The position numbers and the translations under genes were made by a program. This document shows positions 1 through 10,211 of a DNA stretch of 64,000 nucleotides, piece after piece (position 1 is the stretch's first letter; each line of letters opens with the position of its first letter). The stretch comes from Phoronis australis (lineage: Eukaryota > Animalia > Phoronida): contig NMRA01000008.1 in NCBI GenBank assembly GCA_002633005.1, positions 1,390,584 through 1,454,583 on the forward strand. Reading direction: 5' to 3'. The notes beneath the pieces are model-generated. The model was not told the origin of the DNA and ran no database searches. It was given only the letters and a program-made list of their open reading frames with translations.

Positions 1-211
1 TAACTCTGTAAAAGTATATATTCTCAACTAAAAGTAGACAGCCTTGATATTTGACTTTTCATCGATCTGCCATTATTGGGTCACATGACCATATTTTTTA
101 GTGAAAATTAGCAAAAATAGATATGTAATTCTGAGATATGATGTTCTGAAGTTGGCCAAATTTGGATATTTGAGTCCAACATAACCTTATTGATGTATAT
201 CTCACTTGTAG

Positions 212-310
212 CAAGCACGATCAGAAGAGGATGAAGAGGAGGATGAAGAAGATGAAGAAGAAGACGAAGAAGAAGAGAGTATGGAGGAAGGGGGGAGCGT
301 AGAGGAGGAG
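212..310 (+). CDS. Acidic (E/D) exon of left neighbour gene
   Basis: Acceptor ctcacttgtag|CAA. 33 codons, mostly GAN, with third-position variation unlike a pure microsatellite. Donor GAG|gtagac. Confidence 0.55.
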
Positions 311-3300
311 GTAGACCTCATTTTCCTGTGTTTTCTTTATTCTGAGAATTTAAAGAATCTTGGCAAAAATTCATGTGGATTACATATTTTGTGGTCGCTT
401 CATAATTGCCAATAACAGAAGTAAACACGCCACACAAATTAACAACTAGCGAAAAATTGCTGTCAAGGTAATCGACCGGTTTGCTTCCGAGTGCTGGTCA
501 ATGTTCCTCTCTTGGCTATTACCTTACTGGACCTTATGCATGTTGTTGGTGGTATTGAATTTGATGTTTGCGAGATGTTATTTCAGACTGAGGAGACGGA
601 AGAAAGCCAAGAAGACGAAGAAGAGGAGGAGGAAGAGGAAGAAGAGGTCAAGCTTCCTGCCAAAGGTGTCAAGTATGTACAATGAGGACATCGCTTCTGT
701 TACCCTGGAGACAATTTTCTTTGAAGAACTTTTTTGTCTAAAGCCTTGTTTGTACCTGTGCTAGCTCAGTAGATTGATTTTAAAGGGGAGAAAACTCTCC
801 CAGGTATTACTTCAGTGAAATGTTTACTTTAATTTTTAGTTAGTGCTGAAAAACCACCATTTGCCTTATTAGGGACTACATTGTCAGCAGTAAACCTTCC
901 TCTGCAGTTTGATGCATATCACAATCGTGAATTCAATATCCCAAAAATGAGAAAATATGAGAAAAGCGACTTCGATTGAAAGTTTCTTAGCTCCATGGAC
1001 ATGAATGTGACGTAGGAACGTACCCAGCGCCAGTGTGTCGTGTCCATGTGCCATATCTGCACTTCTTCAATGTCTCATGGGAAGCTAGAGCCACATCATG
1101 TAGTGGTCAAATACTAAGATGTCACAACCACCACAAATGCAATGCCTCGCCATTCCTTATACCACAAACCACTGGAAACTAACAGGAATGTCTGACAACT
1201 GAATTTTCACACTCAACACAATGTAGGATGACTTGTGCTGCAATTGGTTGTCCCCGATTTTGCGTAATATATGTTTTAGACCAATAAATGCTCATATTTC
1301 TGCATCGGCTAACTCACATATCGTCAGATAGTGTTCTAATTCAACAGCTGATTGTTTTTTGTGCTTTTGTTATGAAATTGGTGCTTTCAGGCACTAAGAC
1401 AACATTTCTATACTGAATCGGGGCCCCTAGTTTGACCCTGGGGAACAGAAAGCTGTACAGGGAAGTGCATACATACCAATAACAATTTTAAGTTACTGTG
1501 CTGATATCTGCAGTATGCAATATTTGCATTGATTCACAAAAATCTGGGAGAGGTACTTGAGGCAACCTGAGATTTGAATCCAAAATTTGTATTATTCAGA
1601 CTGGCTTCAAAGGCAACAAGTGTCGTTGAATTTCTATTATTTTCCAAACAAAGTAATGTTCCGCTTGTGAATCTTGAAAAGTTGCTAATTAGGAAATTGA
1701 AGCTTGTAACTAGTGTCGTTTGGTTACAAGGTGCATGACCCGTATTTCTTTTGTTTGTTCTTTTGATAATATGGTGTCATATTTTGGCAGGTCAAAGAAA
1801 GGTCAGGCTAAGATCACCAAGGTAATTACCAGCATAGTATTAAGAATTCTGATAGAAAATAAAATGTTTACAAGGACGACTATCTGTTCCAAATCATTAT
1901 TGAAATTCCCCTTGATTCAAACAATGAGATTGTTCTTTTGATCTCTCAAAAACCGCTGGTTGTATATACTGTTTTATTGAAATTTATCACAAGGATGTAG
2001 GGCTTCACCAGGTGGCGGTGCATTCAATTTTTGGGGAAGAGTGTTTCTGGATGATACCAAGAGAACTGATGTCAGATTTCAACGAAACTTGACAAAAGGA
2101 GGTGTGATGGCAGTGTACCGCAAGTCATTGTTTGAGCAAATTCAACTACTGCAGTATCCCATAGGGGCCATTTTGGTCTTGGCTTATGCATGTGACGGCA
2201 GTGTGTGGGTGCTATTAAATTTTTTGACTAGATTTGACTACTGCAGCACCTCCGGGGCGGTTCTAAGTTTAGAGATGAAGGTTATAGCTATCAGCTGAGC
2301 AGATTTCAACAAGTGGTGAGCCTGTAGTTTAATTTTTTGTCACCTTTGTATATGCCAAACCTTGTGATTGTTCTTTATGAAAAGAAGTTGGCTAGACCCT
2401 TCAAATTTTTGGATGCCTAATGATGTGTCCCTTTGTGGCACGTTTCGTTTCTTTGTTGCAAATGTTGAAAATTGCTCTGCCATTTTTTATTTAAGATTTT
2501 TGATTTATTGTTAATTTTAAAGGTGAGGTACCAACAATTTTTGTCAATTCCGACTATTGTAGTTACCACTTGTGGTGAAATTGTCTCTTTGTACTTCACA
2601 TAAAACTGATAAGCTCTTCTGGCGGTCAGGTACAGGGTGTACCAGACTCAGGTAGGCTGTTCTGGTGGGCCCATTGGGAAGATCTCCTGGATTATGCTGT
2701 ATTCATAACTAAGCTTAGGAGCTAGAGACTTGGCTCAGGGGTCTGGAAATGTGCCCCGGTGGGACTGGAACACACGTTCCTGAGTAAAGGGAGTGGACAC
2801 TCATCCCACTAGGCCACACTGCCTCCTCTAGCACTCCTAGAAACATGCATTTGTGGGGCACTGTAGGCGCATACCAATGCCTTGTTGCTTTTGCTCAGTG
2901 TGATAGGTTTTAAACAAAACTAAAATTGTATCTTCCTCCTAGAGGTCGTTAGTATCCAGTCCCACTTGTTTAGTTACTGAGTTGTTACTTTAAAGTTTTC
3001 CTTTAAGAACATAGCCCATTTTCATGTGGTCTCTTTTTGATGTTATTCGGTGTGATGGGAGAACCCGTGCATAGATGTATTGTTGTGGCCCCTTCAGTGC
3101 ATCATAGCAGAGTTGTTAATGGTGAGCTGCTTTCAGTCTGTTATCAAGTGAGGCTTGTTCACAAGGTGGCGCCACTCAAGATTTATCAATTTCTCTACAG
3201 GTGGATTTAGTCAGAGACCGGGTAGTGCTTACTCCTATGGGCAGACGGGTACGGTTACTTTCATTTTTATGCACCCACTTATACATATGTGGGTGTTCTA

Positions 3301-4552
3301 CACTATTCTCTGCTTGAGCATGCCACGTCCGCTGTTGTATCTCCTAAACCCCTTGCATTATCTTAATGAGATTTTGCATACGAAGCTGATGATGCGCGAC
3401 TTCGAATTTCGGACTGATCCAACTACTGTTGCACCCCCTAGTGGCAATTTATTTTTTTTGTTTTCCTCTGTATCCTTGACTTTCGTGACATTTAGCAAAT
3501 GTTTCTATTATGGAGACCCCGTGGTCTTTTATTTTGGGATGGTATAGATGTTTTCTGCACCACCTGTTTTAATTAGGCGTCTGCCTCTGTATCCGCCGAA
3601 ATTGGCAGACGTGTTTGCACTGACAAGAGCACAACTGACATTGAGTTTTGAAGTGGTCCTGCTGCTGTGGTTCCCCCTAATGGCAGTTTTGCATCTAGGG
3701 CTGTTTCTCGGAAACCCTTGCAGGATCTTTGAAAAATTTGTTAAGTTTATTCCTATGAACTGATGAATAAATGAGCTACCATTGTGCCTCCTAGAGGGGC
3801 ATTTGGATTTTTTACCTTTGCCTCTGTGTCTTTGGAGTTCCTTGACTGATTTAAATGGGATTTTTCAACTATTTTCTGTTAGGGAGACGTCAACTACGCC
3901 TTCCCATTTTCAGACTAGTTTCACTACCACATCTAGTGACCATTTTTGTGATACCAATAAACCGTTTGCAATGCGGTCGTGGGCGCATTTCAAGTTTGCG
4001 TTGCTCTTGCTAAACAAGTACAATCTACTAGGTGCCATCGTTTCTAGTCGAATCTTTCAAACGAAGGGACTTTTCCCTTTGTTGGATGTTTTTAAACACA
4101 GGTTGACGTGGGAGACATTGTTAGCGTTTTCCCCACAAATAATGGTGGGCGAGTCCACATACCTTTTCCTACAGTCGTTTTATGGGTGACTAAATATTTA
4201 TGTTTATAAGGTCATGGCTCGAATTTCATTCCTTCTTGGTGTTATTAAGTCAAGATGCCCCTAATAGTATGTAAAATGAGGCTATACTTTTGCTAAATGC
4301 TTGCTCCTGGCTGTTTGTAAGTAATAAAATTTGATTTGAATTCATGTTGGCCCCAGCGAGACCTGGGTGAATGGTGAAATTCTATTTTTAACCGTGTGTA
4401 CCTAGAAATAGAGAAAGACCCGAAACTTTCTGTTCACTCAGTCTTTAAGGTCAATTGTGTTTGGTCGCCAGGGGGTGCAAAGTTTACACATTGTTTTTGC
4501 TTCTAAACAAACCTGTTCACTCCGTGGCTTACAGAACCCAGAACTTTGTTGA
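212..4552 (+). CDS. 3' part of a multi-exon gene encoding an unidentified Glu/Asp-rich, Lys-rich protein; model join(212-310, 587-672, 1791-1821, 2630-2651, 3201-3248, 4406-4449, 4535-4552); gene begins left of the window
   Basis: Seven AG/GT-bounded segments with consistent phases (0,2,0,1,1,0) give QARSEEDEEEDEEDEEEDEEEESMEEGGSVEEE-TEETEESQEDEEEEEEEEEVKLPAKGVK-SKKGQAKITK-VQGVPDSG-GFSQRPGSAYSYGQTE-IEKDPKLSVHSVFK-NPELC*. Two donors are weak (GTAGAC at 311, GTCAAT at 4450). The region is CpG-depleted like a methylated gene body. Confidence 0.5.
587..672 (+). CDS. Second acidic exon of left neighbour gene (TEETEESQEDEEEEEEEEEVKLPAKGVK)
   Basis: Acceptor gttatttcag|ACT and donor AA|gtatgt. In frame with the previous exon; overlaps ORF 491..685. 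Confidence 0.62.
850..1600 (+). mobile_element. Highly decayed Penelope-like (GIY-YIG endonuclease) retroelement fragment, intronic
   Basis: Broken frames read IRDYIVSSK, GTYP..C..CHIC, AIGCPRFCVIYV, ALRQHF and WERY. This is the order expected for the PLE linker Zn-knuckle and GIY-YIG domain. Many frameshifts and stops. Confidence 0.38.
1791..1821 (+). CDS. Lys-rich micro-exon of left neighbour gene (SKKGQAKITK)
   Basis: Acceptor catattttggcag|G and donor AAG|gtaatt. Phase 2 to 0 fits the upstream exon. Confidence 0.58.
2751..2823 (-). mobile_element. tRNA-derived SINE head or tRNA pseudogene
   Basis: Minus strand GGCAGTG-TGGCCTAGTGG (A box) ... GTTCCAGTCCCACC (B-box-like) at tRNA spacing. 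The acceptor stem does not close, so it is not a functional tRNA. A more decayed A box TGGCCTAGTGG occurs at 5603-5613 (+). Confidence 0.5.
3201..3248 (+). CDS. 48-nt exon of left neighbour gene (GFSQRPGSAYSYGQT)
   Basis: Strong acceptor caatttctctacag| and donor CGG|gtacgg. Symmetric exon. Confidence 0.5.
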
Positions 4553-5372
4553 TCGTCTTTGTTGATAGCCAGTTCTGGAAATTCTTTTGACATTGTCTAC
4601 TTTATTCCTGTAATCTGCACCCCAATCAAAGCCTCAGGATGACCGTACTAAGGAAATGCTATTCCAAATGTTGACACTTATTTGAATCAGTTTGTCAGGA
4701 CTTATGACATGTGTCAATCACGCTGGTATGAAATCGAACTCCTATAGAGATTGCACTGATAAGATTCAGTCGCGCTCAGGAAGTTTTCACGCGCTCTGGA
4801 TTTTCCGTGGAGTGTCCTATTCGCCTGCGCTTTTACAAGTAAATTTTTATAACAAGTTGACAATGTATCCCGCCATGAACTAAGAAATGGCTGGTTAGGT
4901 CGACCGTTGGTGACTCATGGTTTTACGCGCGATGTTGGAAGGTTGTGGCAAAACTGTTTTTGCGTTCTTCTGATGGGAATACCAAAAATTAACATAATTG
5001 CCTTTCAAATGACTTTCTTTCGTTTGGTCAGAACCCCTCGCGCGTCAATTTGTCGGCAACTTAGTCAAATTTCTTGTTGACCGTACCCTGAAAAAGAATC
5101 CAACCCAAGTCTTCACACTCCGGCAATTCTGTATAGCGCATAATTAAAAGAAACCTGGTTTGTGTCAACTTTAGCTCGACTTTCTTAATAAACCATTCCG
5201 TCGTTGATTAGTATACTTCATGGCCGTTCTTATTTTCAGGCTGTGGCCAATGGTTCTGCAAAAAAATCCGGGAAAAGAGTCTAACTCGATGGTCGCTGCT
5301 ATTGATCCTGCCAACGCACTGGCACTAGAAATGTTTTGTTATGTTACTCAAATTTGTTTATTTTGGTAGTAA

Positions 5373-5378
5373 AATAAA
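5373..5378 (+). terminator. Candidate poly(A) signal of the left neighbour gene
   Basis: AATAAA followed ~15-30 nt later by a T/GT-rich tract (gtttttcgttgttattcatttgtc). An alternative AATAAA lies at 5187. Confidence 0.35.
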
Positions 5379-7203
5379 AATTGAACATTAGTTTTTCGTT
5401 GTTATTCATTTGTCGACTGGATCAAACCGAGAACGTGTAAATGTGCATCTACACGCTCACACTCTGTTTATTGAGGTCTGCGAAGGCTCGTCCCTTTTTG
5501 AACTACAGAAAGAAACTTGTCATTTTTGACCCAAAGCTTTAGCAACACTTTTAGTTGAACTTGAATTTTCTAGAAAAGTATTACAGGTAGGGATGTGCCG
5601 GTTGGCCTAGTGGGCGAGTTCATTGCCCTTGAAATTCCTTCGAAAGGTGCCTTTCCAAATTCCACTCACGTCTACGTGTATGCGGTTTGTAAACTATAAA
5701 AGCGTCTATTTTTGCAAACCGTTCTGAAGGGTTTCTTAGTTTATTTAGGTTAAAAGGGTGCTACACCTACGAGAAAATGAATGTTCCAAATTCCCAGCAG
5801 AAGATCCGACCAGTCAAAACGGTGTTGGTTCCACCTGACCGTTGAGTTCGATGGTGGCGTCCGAGGTTACGACACCTTGACTCGGTCTAGTTTTTCACAA
5901 GGTAGCATTTTTCTGGCATTGGTTTTTCCCAATTTCCCAAGATGCATGGGTTTGTGAGAGAAAATAAAGCTCGTGTATTCACAAGCACCGCTAGGCTTTC
6001 TTTTGAGCGCCTTTAAAATCTACCGCAATGTTTAAATTCTATGAGCGCTTTTGAGACAATGGCCAGATTTGTAGTGGATGCCGCGCGCAAGGTTTAAAGT
6101 ACGTGTTCGCCGCACGTTCTAAGATCTCGCCTTAATAATAATTGGAAAAATTAGCTTTTATCAAGAACTACAACCTTTGGATAGATGAAATAGCCTTGTG
6201 GTTGTAATGTTTTAAATTCCTGAATTTCCACGTTTTCTGCCGATATCGACCCCCATATTTCACTTACACGTCACACTTTACCCAGTGCTTGGCGACTTCA
6301 GGCGCGTGATTTTGTAGATAAACTCTATATACCGCTATCACCATTGCTAATAATTCTATACCTTTCTGAGAAATACAGCGTTCAATGTCACTCGGTGTTC
6401 GTACTGTGCGAGATGTAGACACTATAAGCTTAGGGCAAAGTGAGGCGTTGTCTCATTCCCTCGGGCCGTAATGGTAAAATGTTTGTCACGGTAATTAATT
6501 CTTGCCGAGACAAATAAGACAGTCGCCCCCATCCTCATTACGAACCTTCTAAATACGCCTACGACTTATTGCGAATGCGAGTACAATCGTTTGGTCCGCC
6601 TGAAAAACAAGATGTATGGGCAAACCGCAAAGACCACAGAACAGGTTTCCTATATTAAAATGTTTATTAAATTTCCACCCTTGTTCAAAACTTATTTGAC
6701 GAAAGATTTTATTATGCGATTTCATGGAATTGCATTTTTGGAGTAGTACCCTTTACGTTACATTAATACCACGTGACCATTCCTATGCAGATGAGTGACA
6801 TTCGCTCCATTATTTTTTGGCTTAAGCCCTTCGCAAAACATACAAAAAACAATAGCCATACTTGTTGGCAAAGTAGCTGAAGGAATTTTGTCGACGAGAA
6901 AACGCATGTATTTCAAACCTGCAGCGACACATGCTGGTGCGACTACGTCCAGTGCCCGCACCGATAAACAATTAAGAAGACTAGCTTCATGAGCAATGAA
7001 TCTGACTCCTTAACTAGATCTACATGGAAATGCAACTAACTTGTGCGAGCATGCACGAGTAACGTCATATCTTTTCGACTTCAGTAGGTTAGATGTAATA
7101 GGTAATTTATGAGACGACTGGAAAATGCATTCGCTTTTGTTTTCATCTCAAATGTTTCAAACACTGAAAATTAGAGATACAACGATTTGTGTGCGAAATA
7201 CCA

Positions 7204-7224
7204 TTTATTTACATTTCATTTATT
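7204..7224 (-). terminator. Candidate polyadenylation signals of the FGF gene (two AATAAA), implying a ~2.7 kb 3' UTR
   Basis: Plus-strand TTTATT at 7204-7209 and 7219-7224, followed on the minus strand by T/GT-rich sequence. An AT-rich UTR-like tract lies between here and the stop codon. Confidence 0.45.
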
Positions 7225-9887
7225 AAATAAATATATCTTTGGTTTATATAACAATATGATACAAGACATGTTTAGGTACTCATAGATTTATACAATACTC
7301 TATCTTGACAAGATGATCCAATATATACCAAGAGCGGCCACTTGGCCAGACTAGACAAACATAATATCGTCATTAACTGATGTGCCGAGTTATGGGTAAA
7401 ATAATTGTCAAAATTAACCACGGTTGTAAAAACCGGCGTGCTTTAGAAATGGAAGTCGAAATTAAATCGTTTCCGTTAAAAGCACTTTTAAGCCAAATTT
7501 AAAACATAACTAACGGAGAGCGCCTCAGTCGCTGAATAATTTATACTCAAAACGTGTTCATCGCATACAACTCGATGAGCGATTCTACAACAGAATAACT
7601 TACATTATTTAAAACACGTTTTATGACTTATCTAAATAAAAAAAAACAATAAATACATTACGCGTACACATGTATGACTATCAGCGGAGACCAGCTGCTA
7701 TGATATTTTGATATTTGAGTAACATTTCTAAGACTGCAATGGAATGTTCAAACCTAAACATAACTGACAGAGATTTTGGGATCTTAACTGAAGCTACTCC
7801 ATGACACGGTGTCTTCAGGCTAACAAATACTGGGTTCTACGTACAAGTAACCGTTACTTCGAGGTGTCCATTCTCGCTTCAATTTACCTAAGACTAATTA
7901 CCCTTCATTAAAATACCAAGCACGTATTCACATTTCATTTGTCGTGTTATATTCAACATTATACAACATTGCTTAAAATAATTAAGCCATTGTTTAACAA
8001 ATAGGGCAGCTCTAACGAACTATTTACGGTTCCTCTTACGCATTCCTTACAATAAATGTGGAAAGCACGCGCGGTAACGCTAGCTGGGTGTAGGCAGGTG
8101 CATTTTCCCCCGCAGTTCGTTCATTATGGGCATGCGTAAGCTGGACCGCAAAAAGGTAATTTTAAAAAGTCGAGGGACAAAACGGCACTGTTCTCCGGGT
8201 TTAGAATACTGAATCTAAAAGCAACCATCAACAGGTAATCGTTGATGTGCGTCGGCAAAAGCTGTTGAAGCGCGCTGATTCAGACGATGGCACGAACAAG
8301 AAGACCGAGACTTTAGCTGGATATAACGGGCTTTGAACTGAAACAAGAGCTTGCGAACAAATATCACGCGCCTACAAAACACAAAATCTGAAGGCTAAAA
8401 AACATGGCGACCAATCAATGTCTGGTTCGCCAGTCACAGGCACCGACGCCTCGTTACTCATCGCCCGTGATTCCAGTTTGCAGAACCTCGAAATCTCGTG
8501 TTTGCAGGCGTGATATTCAACGATTTTGTTCAAGGCCCATCGTTTCCTACCGCAGGCTCGGCCCTCTCGCTCGCGTTACCCCCTGTTACTGTAAGCGTGT
8601 TTATAGCACCGCATGCGTTCACCTTGGGTGAAAGTCTGTCGAGGGTGTACAATACTGAAGTGTATGAAACATTTTAACACATACATGACAAGTACATAAT
8701 TGTTACAACCTAAATCAATAAATGCAATTGACCTGTACTCATAACTGCTGCCCCTGATAAGTGTCAGACGACACACACTCACACACACTCAGACATCCAT
8801 TTTTGACTGCGCAGAATTTGCGACACTGTTTATAATCTCAAGATAAAGTAAATCGTATTTTGCTACGGTTTAAGAATTTAAATACAACTGTCATTCACGC
8901 TCGAGGGATCAATAATGTAAGTTCACGTTTTGTGCACTGACACGGCAGTTAGGAGCGTAAATATAGACATTCCTTTGTGCAAGGGGTTTCACCGTTTCAG
9001 CCCAGTCCAGTAATAGATGACTGAGCTATTGTCATGTAGAACAAAATAAACTCCAGTAGAGTTCATATGACAAGAAACGAATACATACTGTGTGGATTAA
9101 AATAAATTTATAGCACAAACCATGAAGACATCTCTACGAGGAATGGAGAATTCATTGGGACTAAGACGTGGTAAATTTATAGGTCGTACATTCTTGTACA
9201 TTTGAAAACCTATTTTGCGTGTACAAAATTTGACCCTAAGTCAACGTTGATGCTTGTTTTAACAAAACGCTACTGGTACCATATTTTGTGTGATAGCCGC
9301 ATTGAGTTTCTGTTACAAACTTATAAACAATAAAAAACCGTCTGTGTTGCGGCACGCAGTACATGGAAAGTGACCCGTTTTAAAAATACTGGCAACAGTA
9401 AATGATGTTAAAAGTGATTTGATTGGTGGGAAACCATACGTAACATGTTAAACTGAATTAAGATAGCTGGGTTCTGCCACTTTCCCGCAGGCACATACAC
9501 ACAGGCTAGGTTGTATCAATTCACCAGTTGACAAACGTTAACAACATAATCGAGTGTTAAGTACAGCGTAGTTATTCCAACTGTTTTCGTTGGTTGAAAT
9601 TATTAGATGTGACGTTTGTTTTATAAGTGTAGCAGGTACACCAGTGTTTCCGTCTGCTGTACAAAGACAATCCAAGTTTCTCTTTTGAGGTGAGGCCTCG
9701 GCGTACTTCAGATCTTCGCTAACAGATGTCGTTTTACTCCAATTGAGGATCACCTTGCTACAGTAACGCTGTTGGAGATCGTACATAGCACGTGCGCATT
9801 GGCCAAAGGTGGGCGGTGTGCTAATGCGCCGCCTGCCACATTTGTGCAAAGCACAGCGGAAATTCATGATATTTCCAGCTGGAGATG

Positions 9888-10211
9888 TCACGTATTTTCT
9901 GTCCTCCGCCGCGACTTTCGCGGTTTAAAAAGTTTTGAAAAAATACTATAAGGGTCGTCAAAAGGCCCATTGTTGGCATCTGCCGTATTGCCGCTGCTAG
10001 TACTCGAACTTCCTTGCGGAAGTACTTCCATTTTATAAAACTTGAAACACTTCTCCTTTCTTGTATTGAGAACGGCAATTCCTTTTAAGGGTTTCCCGTT
10101 TTTCCGGAAACCAACAAACCATTTCTCGTCGGCGACTGATTGCAATTTTGTTTCAGTACTGTCATCGTCTCTAATTTCTTTAAATGTGCACCTTTTATTG
10201 TTACCATTCCG
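9888..10211 (-). CDS. FGF8/17/18: FGF terminal coding exon (RNGNNKRCTFKE...WFVGFRKNGKPLKG...KCFKFYK...RRRTENT*)
   Basis: Acceptor tgttattttacag|CGG, 324 nt to TGA. Includes ORF 9888..10145. Confidence 0.95.
   Translation of the reverse strand, partial: RNGNNKRCTFKEIRDDDSTETKLQSVADEKWFVGFRKNGKPLKGIAVLNTRKEKCFKFYKMEVLPQGSSSTSSGNTADANNGPFDDPYSIFSKLFKPRKSRRRTENT

Noticed and set aside
587-672. Acidic tract plus VKL..K resembling nucleophosmin/nucleoplasmin, attractive because NPM genes flank vertebrate FGF8/17/18
   Set aside because: The similarity is low-complexity only. No nucleoplasmin core or NPM C-terminal aromatic domain is visible, and the gene is downstream and convergent rather than upstream and tandem. 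Left unnamed.
2751-2823. Possible functional tRNA gene
   Set aside because: A and B boxes are present, but the acceptor and anticodon stems do not pair. Treated as a SINE head or pseudogene.
3155-4189. Three consecutive plus-strand ORFs (130, 71 and 135 aa) and the long antisense frame
   Set aside because: No recognisable domain; T-rich intron-like composition. Only the 48-nt exon inside is supported by splice signals.
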